Of a stretch of 64,000 nucleotides of DNA, positions 46,616 to 61,320 are shown piece after piece; the stretch's first letter is position 1, and the number at the start of each line of letters is the position of its first letter. The DNA is from Ascidiella aspersa. Lineage: Eukaryota. The translations under genes were made by a program, and so were the position numbers. The notes beneath the pieces are model-generated. The model ran no database searches, was not told where the DNA came from, and saw nothing but the letters and a program-made list of their open reading frames with translations. Location: contig OZ004609.1 of NCBI GenBank assembly GCA_963924565.1, positions 6,324,001-6,388,000 of the forward strand. The letters are read 5' to 3'.

Positions 46616-49600
46616 TTCGATGAAGTCTTCTACTTGTAATTCCGCTACTTTATCTTCGCTTTGAAAGTTCGCTAGTAAGTCGTGTAAAGGCTCGTACAGT
46701 ACCATTCGATCGCTGACATTCTGTTAAGGTCGCACTATGGTGACAGTATACGGGCTGTTTCTTGGTTTCGTTTCGTTACAAGCTCCTAGTACGATAGCAG
46801 TCGGCGATGAACAACATGCTAGTAACGTGCGTGACGCGAGAAAAGCGGACGAGCTTGCATCGAAACCTGAAAATACAGGAAAACATTTGCCTTTTGAAAT
46901 ATTCAGTTTGTGTTATTATTTCTTAGCAGCTTGAGAATGAATTGCAAAGCCAAAATGTCGATTAAATCGATATCACCTTTAGGAAGTATACAAACTATAT
47001 CTGAACTTCTAAAATAATAATGTAGTTTGATGGTTAAGGCATCTTTCACTTTCTGTCTATAGTTTCTGCAAAATCTCTCTTTCTATCCTGTTCGTCTGAA
47101 CCCCTAATCGCTATCTCTCCTGATCGCATTCCCTTTGTTTTGGAGTTCACAGTGCGCCGCAAACGCGTGGAAACGAGATGCTATCATCCGTTTGCAGACA
47201 CGAAGGCCGCCTCGAAACTCACATAAACAAGTACGATAATGCGAATGCGCGCGAAACCACACGACATGCACGTTGCTGAATTGTCGAGGATGAACGACCT
47301 TCGCAGAGCAATGCGATTTCTTATCGCGAGCGTGACGAATTTTGGTCGGAAATGGGAATTGCAACGTTGGCAGCTGGGCCTTATATACGCGTCGGTTCAA
47401 CCGGGGTTTTCTTACTTCGGATTTCTCCCTACTTGAACTTAAACACGAGGAAGCATTTAGTGCTGAAAAAGTCTATCTAGATTTAGTTGCCAATTTCAAA
47501 AATATTATTAGTTTAAACAAATGATTTCTATGTATTAACGACCTATGTTATAACGTGAAATGTTGGGGGGTTAATTAGGCTATCTATTACTAGTGTGGCT
47601 TAATCAGAAAATGGTTGTTTGGGCTAAATTAGATCAACTAAAACAAAACTGTATAGTGTTATATATAATTGACCGCTTTAAATACCAGATTGTTCCCTTC
47701 GGATTATTCGAATTACTCTGCCGGTTTTTTTTTGAAGTCAGTTATATCAGCGCTTCGGCATAGAACTGAATATCCATGGCATAAAAACGATGTCGTGTAC
47801 AGCTGACTGCTTAATGTGTGACCTACATTACAATACAACTTTTTATTTAAACTTTATAGTAGCAGAAGAAATCTCGATTCGTGTGCTAATATCTCAAAAC
47901 ATTAATACCTTCAAAATAGACCGTTCTGAACGCGTTAAACACAAACACAAACCTACACTGGGACTTCACCGATAATCCAATTCAATTATGAACTATTAAT
48001 ATCAGAAGGAAATCAGCGCGTTGTCACCCCTGTCTTGATTAGTGGGCTCCATCGATTCAGGAATAACTATAAGCCACACTATGGCAACTGAGAATAACGC
48101 GCGTGACGATACGAGGACTAACATCCGTTTTTCGTCATCGGTACAAACTATCGGGAATACAAGGGTAACTCCGCCTTAGCCAACAGGCCTATTGCTTTAC
48201 CGAAAATCTACTTGAAATTCGATTACTTCCTTGATTAGAAATAACCCCCCGTTGAGCCAAACTAAAGGGAAACAACGGGAATTTACATCCTACACATAGA
48301 TGGATAGGTGCCGTGTTTTTTCGAGTACGCCATCGGTTTCTGTTGTGATTTGGTGACGTTTTTCGACATTTGCTTACAAAAATTTGTAAAACGTAAATCA
48401 ACAGTAACTAATTCGTAAATACTAAACTGTTTTTGTAATACCTCCTTCAACTTTTGTGCTTTAATGCAAAATAATTCTTCAAAAGCATAACAGCTATTTT
48501 CAATGGAATGAATATAAAACTAAAAGGTATAAAAGTTCTATCGCATTCGAAACCAATATAATAATTATTCGAAACTTAAAAGTTGTTTCTCAGGAACTTA
48601 TTTTGACAAATCACACATTTCTATTTAAACCTGTGGAACAATTTTCGGATTTTAATACAAATTTGATTTAAAACAAGAATCATTCTTTAGCTTTGTGTTG
48701 ACTGTGAGATTTCGCGGATGCAAAAAAGTTTTTTAACCAATCTCGAATCGTTCGAAATCAAAGGTTCATCGTCGTGTCAAACACATGACAGAGTTCGATC
48801 GACCAAACTTAATATTTTCGGCGCCGCTTCGCAATAAAAATAGCCAAACAAGTTCCTAAAAGGTTTTTACATTAGCAATGGGCAAGCGAGTCCGGAGGTG
48901 ATCAATCAAAACAGCGAGATTTATTTAAGGCTACGGTCTTTTCCTGTTTTCAGGTTGGCGAAAGTTGCCGACGGGAAAACTATACACGAAAAAAAACTCG
49001 AGCAAAATGCAAAGTATTAAATCAAAGGTTTCACAAACAGTGATAAATTAATCATAAATAAATAAACAAATTGGCGTTTTGGGAGATAACATTGTCAATG
49101 ATGACCGCTTTGACGTAATGTGAATTTTTTATTTGAACGCAAATTTTTATGGTAGTTTTATTTAATTTTGTCAATTTTTACTTTTTTTACTGTTATTTGT
49201 AAAACTTGTTCATATTTCGTTCCTTTTTGTATAACTTAACTAAAATCAACTAAAAACGTCAGCTCTTTACATGTTTGAAAACAATAAACTGAACTCTACT
49301 TGCATATAGTTTCAAAATTTCAACACATATTTTAAAGCTATAATTAAAATAATCAGTCATGCTGCAGTTTTCACAGGAGTTTAGAAACACTAAAAAGAGC
49401 TTTACCTGCAATTAGTTGCAAAATATAAAAACATTTTTTTAAGTTAATTAAAATCAGCTATGCTGCAGTTCTCACACGAGTTCAAAAATGCTAGTAAGAA
49501 CCACTGACCCGGGCAAAAATTCGAAGGCGAGCTAATTAGAGAATCGCAAAAAACCTCGAAGTTTCAACTGGGGGATGGTGGTCGGGGAGGAGGGGGGGCA

Positions 49601-50996
49601 CTGAATGAAGCTCGGTAAAACTCCAATTCGCGGTTGGCTGTCGCTGTCGCGAATACGTGACAATCAATCGATCGCTCGGTCGCCAGACTGTTCCCTCGCG
49701 CAGTTCGCAATTAAAACACAATTAATGTAACGCGAAACGCGAGGGGGGAGAAAAGGTCAGGCCAAGTGCGCCGAGTGCTGCCCGCAACCACCGGGACAGA
49801 CACGTTCAACCTTTTGGCTCCGGCACACCAACCCTGCCAAACTGATTTAATTGAAAATTTGACAAATAAAATAAAGGATGTATTGTAAATTTCGTGTGGG
49901 ATATGCAACATCACCTTTAACATTTAAATCAAACGGTTTTCTATACTTGGTCATAATTAGTTTGAGCATGACTTGTTAACACATTTTTGTTGGGCAAGTT
50001 TAATAAACATTGTGACATACGTCAACCATAATGCCCGGCGTGTCGGTCAACAGTCTGCTCAACTAAAGATCGCTGACTGCACATAATGCCTTGAAATGGC
50101 ACGAAACGCATATTTTGTAGTCAACGCTTCTGAAATCGAAGAGTTCTTGGACCATTGAGTCTTCAAACTGCATTCTAAACTAAACAATTAAAAAAAAATA
50201 TTGAATGTTTGTGTGTAAGCGCAACATACGTAACCTCAAGTTTTCATACTGAGTTAATATAAACCAAATCAGTAAACAAACGTATCTAAACATCGCATAG
50301 TTGTACAGATTACGAATTTCTCACTGAATTAGTTGACGAACATTAAAAATTAAATTATGACGTCCTGTAGAAACAACTAAAGAAAAAAACGTTAATTACA
50401 CCTTAACTGAACTGTAAATCCTTCGCGGAAAGCAAAACACGTGGGTCAAAATTATCGCGTTACAGACACGTGGCTCAAAAAACACATTTCGCGCTTACAG
50501 CTGAAATGGGGCAAGGGGTGCTACGAGGGGGTAAAAGGGTTAAAAACCGTGTTGGGGGTGGGGGTTATCGCGGGTCGTTTTACACCGCAACGGCGACAAC
50601 GAATAAACGCAAAGGTTGCAGCGGTGAGATGTAGTTGACCGCGCGGTCGTACAGCAGCTCATTAGCACGATTAATGCCGGCGCTGTTTGGCCCTTTAGCC
50701 CGCGACATCGCGACGCCGGCGATTCGATTACAGCCAATTCGAATTGACAGCTCGGCCCCTTTTAAAAGCGCACGCGCGCGTCAAAGCATTGCACCTATAG
50801 CGGCATTGTCCGCGTGCGCTTTCCACGAACGAATGTCGATTTTCGCCTTACGCTAAGTTTTTTTCCGCGGCGGGCTGAGGCTCGCGCAAACTCGGCGGAA
50901 ACCCGGTGAGCCGCGACGATGATTCAGTTTTGTTTTTTTTTCATCCCAGTGGGAATTCTACGCATTCCTGGCACTTTGAATTTACAAAAGGCTCAC

Positions 50997-51400
50997 CTGC
51001 GCTCTAAACTGTCGCGCTTTAGCTCATTGTCTGTTGCTGTTGTTGTTGTCTTTTCTCCCTTTCGCTCTGACAACGACACACGGCGACTGGAAAGACCGAG
51101 TTTTGGTTTTGAATCGCTCGTCTGGCCGGTCGCGCAAGACACACCGGTCCGGTTACAGAACAAACACAGCAGGAATGCAGTGTAGTAACCGCTTTTGCCG
51201 CCCACGCTTACTACGATGCGACAATAAACGGCAAGTAGCTTTCTGACTAAAAACTTTCTTTTAAAAACTCAGAATCGCCTGACTCACTCAAACTACAACG
51301 CCGCCTTTTTCGCGCCGTTTTTTGTTTATTTTCGTTCTCGCTGTGTCACCTACCCTACGCACACAAACAAGAGCCTGCGCATTTCAGAATCACCGACTGA
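50997..51400 (-). other. Candidate non-coding first exon of the FGF gene; 5' boundary unknown
   Basis: Consensus donor CAG|GTGAG at 50997/50996 within the largest CpG-rich block; the coding exon has an acceptor at 46867 that needs an upstream exon or trans-splicing. Confidence 0.4.
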
Positions 51401-51651
51401 GAAACGCGCTAGTTTTGAGGACGTACATCAACCACTTTCTAGCGGCGATACAAACGGAAAAAGCAGGCTGAGAACTCGGCTCGGGCATCTGAGTCGTAAA
51501 TCCAAAGGACAGCTCCATGGTGAAGCGTGCTAATATTTTTTTCGGCGCCACGTTACGGCAAAAAATGCCTTTCGAGTTTTCCGAGTCCGCAAATGCGCAG
51601 CAACTAAATAAAGAAGCGACATAACTAACCGGCTTCGAGAAGAGACGACGA

Positions 51652-51689
51652 TGACGTCACACCGCAAACGGACTGTTGCGCTGACGTCA
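51652..51689. promoter_or_regulatory. Two palindromic CRE/ATF sites (TGACGTCA) 30 bp apart in the candidate FGF promoter
   Basis: TGACGTCA at 51652-51659 and 51682-51689 inside the CpG-rich block 50440-52250. Confidence 0.45.
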
Positions 51690-54600
51690 CAAGGCAAACA
51701 TGGCGCTTTTAGGCGCACGTGCAAAATGTGGAGCTGCAGTTGCAAGGAGAAAACAGCGCTGCGTCCAAACACAAAGTCCAGACTCTGCCTTTTCCAGGTC
51801 GAAGGACGTTGCAGTCGGGGAGCAACCTTAGTTCAAAGACTTTCTCGACCCATGCCCGCGCTAATGATTCGCCGAACCGTGTTTATTTTGTCTTATCGCG
51901 ACACCCGACAGCCTTCCCTGCTAACTCCCAAGCCTGGTTTCGTCAGTCGTCATCGCAGCCTGCTTCGAGCCACCCCTTCAAGCACAGCCGTAGAACCAAG
52001 CCACCGCCAATGTGCACCTGTTAATGCAGAGCGCTGCCGCCGATAAATTGAACGCGGCCTGAAAACGCGTGTTTTACAGCGGGACCAGCTGTCCGCCAGC
52101 CGCAAAAGGCAACTAACTGGGGCTGTAACAATAAACAAACCGACCGCCATTTGCCAGTCTCGTTTACTGACACCCCTACTCTTTTTTGGAATAACCACTC
52201 TCATCACGCCAACTATGGTTGCCGAGTCGCTTCGTGAAACCGAATTTTCCAATTCTAATCGATTTGTCCAAATTTTTAAATTTAATCAATAAATTCAAAG
52301 GTTTAAATATAGCGCCAATTACTTTTGGGTGAACTATTATACTGAAACAAACTTAATATTCAATTTATTCTTCCCAGGGAAAATGCTCCCAAGTGTCTCA
52401 TAAACAACGTGAGTAGCAATCCGTATCATGAACGCAATTACAAGACAACTGTTACAACAATAAACTATTTCAATCTCTGTCATCCGCAACAAAAATAACC
52501 GCTCTAATCCAAGCAGCTTTAGTTGTAGAATACAACATTAAAAACGATTCTAGTGGGACCTTATCTCAATCGAACTCTTACCTATACTTCCGCATGAAAT
52601 GCGACGAGCCTGGCCTAACGAAGTTGCCCTTTTAAAATATTTTCATTAATCCGATTATCAGGTTATTAACTAAAAGAAACCTTCGCCTAATTCTTTTCCA
52701 AGAAAAAATAGCGCTCTATATAGCTCAACTAAGCACCTCTAAAACGCCTAATTCTTTATTTACGGAAACAAACATAACTGCTACCCTAACTAATCGGCCT
52801 TACGAAATCTTTAAACTATACCACGAATTGCAAGGCGACAGCTTGCGAATGATCATCTCCCTGTTTTCCTGCATCGCAAAAAAATGCATTTAAAAAATCC
52901 TTTCACCAAAACGGCATACTGGTGACAGTACATAAATCTAAGTTTTGCATACATTCTTTTTTTTTAAAAAACGACTGCTCTAGCGAGCTTATCTGATATA
53001 TTTTTTTACCAGGAAATCTTGCAAATAATAATGTGGCTCTATCTGATGAAAACGACAACATTTCTACCCCAACTCAGCCCGGCCTTTGCCGCTCAATTTC
53101 ACTAAAACGACGTTTCGTCATCAAACTGGTATTAGCTTTCGGCGAAATAGCAAAGGCGTGCGTCACTTACCACAAGCACCGCACACGCGATCCAGCTCTA
53201 ATATGCAATTCCGCGGCCGGGCAACCTTTCCGCAATCACCTGACCCTTCATTGCACTATATAGCTGCTGCCCTACACACAATCCGCAACAAGCCATTCTG
53301 ACTTGACTTTCCTGCAAATGAACAAATGCGAGGCGGCGCGCAAACCTACTACAACCCTTATCAGCTTCCTTTCTACACCTTGCCCTGCCGAGTGGTTCTG
53401 TTCCCGCGTCTCTGCTGCGCTGGTGTCAGGTGCGGCCTCCAGCGCAAATGACCTGCGCCGTCAGCAATCATCATCTGCCATTTTGACAACTTTTTCTCTT
53501 CGCGTCGGGCACTCGGGCAAGCAAAAAACGGGAGAGCGCTCTGCTGATCATCTGGGCAAGCAGAAAGGGTTCCTATTTTTCGACTGAGTTTCCTGGAGTC
53601 TATATTCCCAGCCTAGCAGATGATGCACTTTAAGAGAGAATGCCACCTTTCTTCGTTTGCGCATTAAACCATATTTGTGACCTTTTTATCACGTTAATTA
53701 ACCATCGTTTAATATCTAAAGGCTCCTTTTTGCCAAAATTAAACCTTCTAACGTAAAGTTAAAATCTCTTAAAGCAGTGCTTTCCTAAATTTGTAGTCTG
53801 CGACCCGTTTTCATTTATAGACACTTTTTGCGTCGATTAAGGCCAAATTTAGTTTGACAAATTTAAACTGCTTCTTCCAAATGACTTGTACACAATATGT
53901 AAACATTAATTTGGCCCGTTTGCCAAACATTTTGCTAAATGTCACGACCGCCGTGAAATTTTAAGACGTTTGAACTTGCTTACATTTTACTCTTTTACCA
54001 ATTTAACCGGCCATGTGTAATGTGCGAAAACTTTACTTTAACGACCACTTTTAATTTTGCATTATTATTACAACCCTCTGTCATTCACAAACAGTCGAGA
54101 AAAACTGGGCTGATACGGGTCTACGGCCTCGCCGAAAGGGGGTGTTAAAAAATAACCACGGGCCGCTTCAAAATAGGCCAGAAACACGGGACTAATTCGA
54201 TCGCTTTTCCAGTCTTTGCGACTTCAGCCCAAGTCGAAAGGGAAGTTTTTTCTTTGTGTGCTCCAAACAAATTTCCTGTCCGAGCGCAAGCTCAGGTACA
54301 GTTCGCTGGCTGGGAAAATACACACGCATTTTTTGGCCCCGAAAACCGTTTAACAAGTTTTAATGCTACAAAAAATTAAGCCGTGCCTTTCTAAGAGATT
54401 GCTTAGCGTGTTAATGTCGACTTTGCTCATAGAGATATTTTTACACCAACGTTGATTCCAGGCTAAATTAGGAAGGACAAAGTATACGGCCTTTAGATTT
54501 GCCTTATGCATTGCGCTAATATACGTTATATATGCAGTCGAAGCTATCTTGGAACACCATACGGCCGTTGTATATATTAACGCAGATTTTACAAAAAATA

Positions 54601-55343
54601 TTTCTAGGTGTCTATTTCGAAGAATTAGAGTGATCACTGCTAATTCTTATCCTAATTTTATTGGTGAAACACTAATGAATTTCAATTTTAGTTTTAATCT
54701 AATTTCGATATTTTTCGAATCAGCTACTTTTTTAGCGGCGTTGTTTATAGTCTATGTTGGAACAAATTTACAGCCATAAGGGAAATTTATAAGATGATGC
54801 CAATCATAACTGACGAATCTCCAGAACTTACATTCTTTGGATAAAATGCAATTATATATAAATTTATTGTGAATAAGGTAAGCCCAAATGTATGTCTATT
54901 TTTCAAAGAGTTGATTTTAATCTAGTTTGGGAAAACTGAAAACTAATGATCATAATTCTAAACCAATGCGAAAAGCAAAAATACTTTTCAACGCAATGCC
55001 GATGTGGCAGCAATTATAATACTGGAATACAGTTTCGGATCTATTTCACCACTGTGTAAATCACTGATGACTCGTCGTTGTACGCCGATTTTTAACGAAG
55101 CATTGATTCCACCATATACGCTTTCTGGTATTGCGTCATCCCCCATATTGGCCCAGCATTGCAGAGAGCCAAAGCGCTCTGTGACAAATGAAGGGACGCT
55201 GCGTGGACAGCGCCTTGTGGCAACGGAGCTTCCACGTCACGTTGCCACTACGTCATCACAATGCCTCTGAAAGGGGGACGGCAAATATCGGCCGCCCTTT
55301 GTGCGTCGGTATGCGAGCACGTTTCTCAGGTCGACGACCCGGT

Positions 55344-55413
55344 GAGAGAAAAAGAGAAAGAGAAAAAAGAGAAATAAAATAAGAGAAAAAAGAGAACAAG
55401 AAAAAAGAGAGGG
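55344..55413. repeat. Polypurine GA-rich low-complexity tract
   Basis: About 70 nt of almost only A and G. Confidence 0.8.
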
Positions 55414-58068
55414 AATGATGACGAAGGCTTGAGTTGAAATCAATTAGTAAAGCATTGCTCTGTGTACTTTCGAGACGGGGATTATTTTCTATAAGCGACC
55501 CTACACGTTTATGAGTAGCCAGGCACAAAAAATTTCGTCACCTATTATCGCCTGATTTCCATTCAAAGGATTTCCTGCTAGACCTAACCGTCCTTAGTTG
55601 TGTACTCGAAACCCGTGTTTATTCCTCACTGCACGATCCTTGCGTTTTCCATATCGCACGTTCGGTGTTTCCCCTTGATTCCAAAAGCTCGTCTGGAATG
55701 TCGTTTGTTTTAGGAAGGTACCACACCCGTGGTATTCAGCAACAACTTAAACGCTTTCTTGTGTAGTAATCGTGCTTTATCGTGACCAAATACCTAGCTG
55801 CTTAGCATAACATTGCACATCCGAGTGTTAGAATCACGTACAGAGGTCGGGGCCAAGTGGGAAGGTATATATGGGGCCGGGGGCAAGATGGCATGAGTTG
55901 AAGTTAATGTTCATGTTTGCAATAAATACCTCTTTTTTACTTTGTTCTTAAAAATTTCTGGTGGGAATTATTGATAACCGTATAAGTGTCAGGTAATCTA
56001 CAGAAGAGTTACCTGGAAGGAGCCAAGAGCGGACATTGGAAAGTTAAGTGAGGTACCAAAATATGCGTCCCGTTAAAGTTCGCAGAACGGTGCTTCCAAC
56101 TTGGAAATTGTAGACTAGAGTTGGATACCAGTACCTATGACTCTAATGCCCTTAAGATTTACCCAATACACAAGTAAATATGGAAAACGTTAAACGTCAA
56201 ACAACCTGTGGATCACCCAAGCGTCAACACTGAATGCCAGTTGCGTATGCAGTATATAAGAGTTCAATTCGTTTTTAGGTGCGTTTACTTTTTACTTAGG
56301 GTCAACTGGTACGGTTGTGCAACACTCCTTTGTGTGGAGCCACGGCAGCACGATGTGTTGACTCCAACGAGCCGATCAACCCAGCTGGCCTCGACGCTTG
56401 TCGTGAACGCAAACAACGTCCCCTGTTGGTTTTGGGCGTGAAACGTCGCTTCCAAACCGCGTCATACGACCGCTGAACGTACAGTTTGCGTGTTAGCTGT
56501 TCTGTCGACGCGATCACAACGTCAACGTTTTTAACTCGTATGACTCCTGCGAATACGTATCTTTTTGAGATCTGTATAGTATGCCTAGCCATTATTACAT
56601 AAATTGTTTGACTACTGCTATTAACTGTATGCAGTTATTGTCGACATTCTAATTTTGTTTGCAAGAGTTAAGAATATTTTGCAAATCTTACGATTAGTTC
56701 AACATTGTAAAATATGCTAATTTCCTGTGGCGTTTTAAATGCATTTTTATAGTAACGACCAGACCTGAACAGCAAAATTATGTTGCTGTATACTCTCACA
56801 AAAAATAAGAGTGGTTTGTATGACTACCTAAATTAGACCTTTCCAATCTTGGGGTCTTGACAAAACTGTAGAAGTTTTTGATATTTTATGGCGGTAACGA
56901 TACCCGACTGTCGACTTATATTCTGGCGATCCGGTTAAAAAACAAATTATGTCATTATTACGGAGAAATAAGCAGCACAGAACAAACTGCGGCCTTCCAT
57001 GTTGTACACACATGGTCTAGCACTGCGAAATATTACATCTACGTAAGTTGCACTTTCCTATAAGCCAATATGCAAATGTATAAAACAAGCCAATAAACAA
57101 TTCCACAAAACCGTTGGACAATACTTCAATAAGATTGGTTTAAACTCTGAGGATTTTAAGCACTGTCATAAATGGGCCGCGGCAATCCTAATAAACAATG
57201 AATGTATACGGACTAGAGGACTTATAGATAGATGACCACTCTAGTATGACATCCATAAGATTTTACTCGGCAGTAGTACATCGTTGGCGTTGTCAACATA
57301 AAGATTTTCATGGGATCTGAATAATAATTTGGTGCCAACTTGTTCATTTTTTTTAATTTTTTTTGAGGAAAGGCTAAAGTACCTACACAAAAGTGCAGTA
57401 CAAGCTCTGCGTTGATACACTATGCCTATATTTTAGCTCAAAATCCTAAACAAATACCACAAACTGAACAGAAGCTTTAGTTAAAAGATGACATGAGAAT
57501 GCCTCTTATAAGCTCTATAGTGACCAATTAAGACTGCCGCTTTGCTTGTGACCAAGTTGATCCCTTCCAACTAAGTTTAAATGTTGGACCTTTGCAACAT
57601 ATATCAAGTATTGTTAGACTGTATAACGCGCTAATTGCTGCCAAGCCATACCGATGAAGTGACGTAAAACCTGTCAAGTTTTGACAGTTTGTGTGTGAAC
57701 CTTTATTTTTAGACGCGGAGGTGATATGGCGCGCAAACATTTGCTCCCGTCTTAAGTGTGAGGCCTGACGGTTTTCCGGTTCGGTCGACCTTTCCGTTTC
57801 AAAAAGCGACAAACAAAGGACACCTGGAAATTGCTGAGGCGTCGTTCCACGTGCTATTTGCCAAGCATTTCCACACCCACAAAGTCGCCCAATAGCCCAG
57901 CGCCAATCTGTTTGTTTACTCTGCCCGTAAAAGTGCACGTTGTTTCCTAGAGATGGGGCATTTGAACAGGCAAAGGCATTTGAACAGGCGTGTGCTGCAA
58001 CACCAACGTACTTTATGTGGAAGGTCTCTAAATTGTGCAAATGGTTGGGGGATTTTGCGTTGTGACGA

Positions 58069-58350
58069 GGGATATCCGATATTTTGGGATATTTTCCTAA
58101 ATCGATATATGATACTGTTCGCACGAAACACCACTAGAGACGATCTGCTTATCAAGGGCAACATTGTTAAGGACAAATCAGCAAAATTCTACACATTGAA
58201 ACGTCGTGGAGGGGGATGTCCGACATTTTGTGATTTTTTTCCTAAATCGATATATGATCATTTAGCACGAAACACCGCTACAGACCCGATGTGCTAATAA
58301 ATCGCACCATTATTAAGGACAAATCTGCAAAATTCTATAAATTTAAACGT
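58069..58350. repeat. Two-copy tandem duplication, unit about 145 bp, probably part of a repeat element starting near 57950
   Basis: Repeated TTTTCCTAAATCGATATATGAT, GCACGAAACACC, TTAAGGACAAATC.GCAAAATTCTA; preceded by two GGCATTTGAACAGGC. Confidence 0.85.
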
Positions 58351-61320
58351 AAAAACGTGACGTTTGCGTGCTGTCCATCAATATGCCTCAGTAATCACAA
58401 ACGTTCTTATTGGTAATATGCATTTTTTTTACAAAAATTTTAAAGTAAAAAATGCTTAGTGGTATCAAATACCTTGGCTGCAATAATTAAATTGATTTGG
58501 TATAAGATCGCAAACGATACCACTTAAGTATCGGACAAGTACCGATACTACAACTTGACATGGTGTTCAGCTGACTCTGATGTTATCAGACATACAACGT
58601 TTTAGTAGTAATTGGAACCGATTTTAAAGGACTTAAACATAACGCGTAAGCAACTAAATTCCACATAGTGGGTTTTGTATCATCTGTAAACAAGCTTTTA
58701 TGGAGGGGGATTTTATTGTAGTATACAAACAAACATTAGCTGGGGGATTAAGTTAATATTGGGTTTGCATTTACAAATTCCTAGAGGGGTTGACGTCGAG
58801 TTTAATCGCTTGTCACACAAACAGGCTCACGGTTCGCCAAACGCAGCATTTACAGTTTGTAATAATTAATAAAAGTTTAGTGGAAAATATTTTGTAATAA
58901 TCATCGCGGAAATTTTGCGTGGTGGATTCCGTTTTTAAATTTTTTTGGGTATCTTTCAACGCTAAGCGCATTATTGGTAATCCTCCGAGATAATTACTAT
59001 GTTTCGAAGAGTATTAGCTCCACCGGATTTACGAAAAAACATGCTAACTCACGCACTGGAACGAATGGATTTTTAAATAAGAAAATTACCACACTTAACC
59101 ATGCAAGACGTAAAGATGAAAAATAAATTTCACACTTCTTTTGTTATTATTAAACATTTTTGCTTCAAACAATTCTCAATATATTGTTGCAGGAAAACAC
59201 GACTGTAGGCCTAGAAGCAAATGCATCACATTTCCCGCCGTCTGCTACTATACTTTCCAACAAAAACTATATTTAACAGCTATACCCAGCCTGTACACGT
59301 TTTACGAGAACCAATTACATTCTGCCTCGCATGGTGTTTCAATGGATATCGAAAATACAATCACATCTATACGTCCATTATGTTAATACAACGAGTGAGC
59401 AATGTTATACGTCAACCCTAACCACGTATTGTTTTTCTAAGGGCTTTCTTTCCATAAACAATAATTGTTGTCGTTGATTCAGGTGTGCTGGGCAAAATAT
59501 CATACATTTGACCCTGGGCTGCCATTAAAGAAGTGATTAAGTCTATTTTTGCGAATTTAAAAACAGGATTTGATTCACGTTTAATACAATAACTAAATAT
59601 AAAACATCCTAAATACATGCGCAAAGTGCTACCAAGTCAATGACATACGCAACAGGTTCTTGGATGAAGAAACCATTCTATTGTTAAGACTTGAATCACA
59701 CTTAAACGCCTTGGAACGTAAAACGCATAGGTTTGTAAACAACCATATCATTATAACCTGTAATTAGAAAACTATTATACATTTCGGTAAGCTACATGTC
59801 CAGTATTTCTTAAGTTACTAAATACCATTCATTTACCTGATTAACTGTGTAGAACTATGGTTCTCATAAGAAATATTGATGTAGCAACCTCTTGCAGTAT
59901 TCTAGTGATTGGCGGTCCTTTGCCATAAACACTATACGTTAAAAGAAAACATGTCACTAAAGTTAAGTTAAACCGCTATAAAACGGGGTAAAACATAACA
60001 CACGTATATTTAGAGGGTTAGTGAGAAGGCGTAAACCACCTTCAAAACCGATGGCCTAACATGAATTCTGCACCGCTATACGACAGATGACACCCATTAT
60101 AGTGTCAGGAGCAACCAAACACGCGTGCATTACGAAGTGTTTATTCGCAGGGTCTATTTCGTTGGCTGGCCTATAGAGACCGCCGTTCGTTTCTGGCTCG
60201 TCACTCGATCGATTCGGACTACTGTCAGTTCCCAGGCAGCGCTAAACTCACAGGCGATGCCTGCCCGGGTCCTCGGCATCTTAGCGCGGCCCGTCGCTTC
60301 CGTAAAGTTTATTCTGCTCGGCTTTGATCCCAGTCGAGGCAGCCGACTGCCATTAAGCGCACAGAGCCGGGCGAAACCCATTTCTTGCCGAATGCTTGTT
60401 GTTGTATACACGCTCGGCGCTGTCATATAGTCTTCTGATGATGCCTATGATACGCACCCCCCCCCCCAACCTCTCTTTCTCGGCGCGATTTTCTCTTTGT
60501 TAACTTAAGGTCGCCGTCGTATAGGCTGGAGCAGATACCAACATCCCTACCGTGTAGCTCTCCCTCAGGCTTCTAAAGTTTCGCCTCGTCAAAACACTAT
60601 ATATATATATACAATTGTTCTTCCAGCAAAATTTTAGCAAAGTGCCAACGTTTCTACCATTATTTCGGGCAATTTTCTTCAGGGCAATATCATTTTTGCC
60701 GGAAAGAACAATTGTACAATTAAAAAAACATGTTTACTGGACATTAGCGGCGATAACCTGAGACACCGAACCGCGATAAATCTAAGTGAGTGTGATACTT
60801 GATGCTAATCGGTGGTATCGGTTCTCGTCCTATGCAAAAACAGTGGCTAATTCGATGCCAATCGATTTGAAGTTTGACCTATAATTTGGTATTCTACCTT
60901 AAAACAAATTTCGAAGAATACATTTTATTTACAGTAAAAAGGTTATTAGGCTTTTTTTCTTAAAACCCTGAATAAAATTACTTAAACACGTTGTAATTTT
61001 TTTAATTTTGTTTAGTTCATATATGGTAATGGAGCATATATAGTAATGGAGTTTGGGTATCGGATATCGGACGACCGTTCTTTCTGCCCAAAATATTGGG
61101 TATCGGTAACAATATATAAGACGAAGTGTCGGGCATGCCCAGCTAAATTATAAGATGGTTTAACTTCCATTTAGCCTAACGTTGTCAAGTTGCCCATTTA
61201 GGCTGGCTGGGTATCAATCTTATTGCCGAATGCGACCGACTAATCCTTGCTAAACAGATACTTTTTAAGCGGAAAAAATCAAGAGCCACAATTTTCTTGC
61301 GAATGGCGGAAAATGCGAGA

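Noticed and set aside
53775-54107. Further hAT-like MITE (CAGTGCTTTCC...GAGAAAAACTG)
   Set aside because: Ends are too degenerate and there is no TSD, so boundaries cannot be supported.
57528-58297. Overlapping ORFs of up to 198 aa
   Set aside because: They overlap a repeat and tandem duplication and show no transposase or other motifs.
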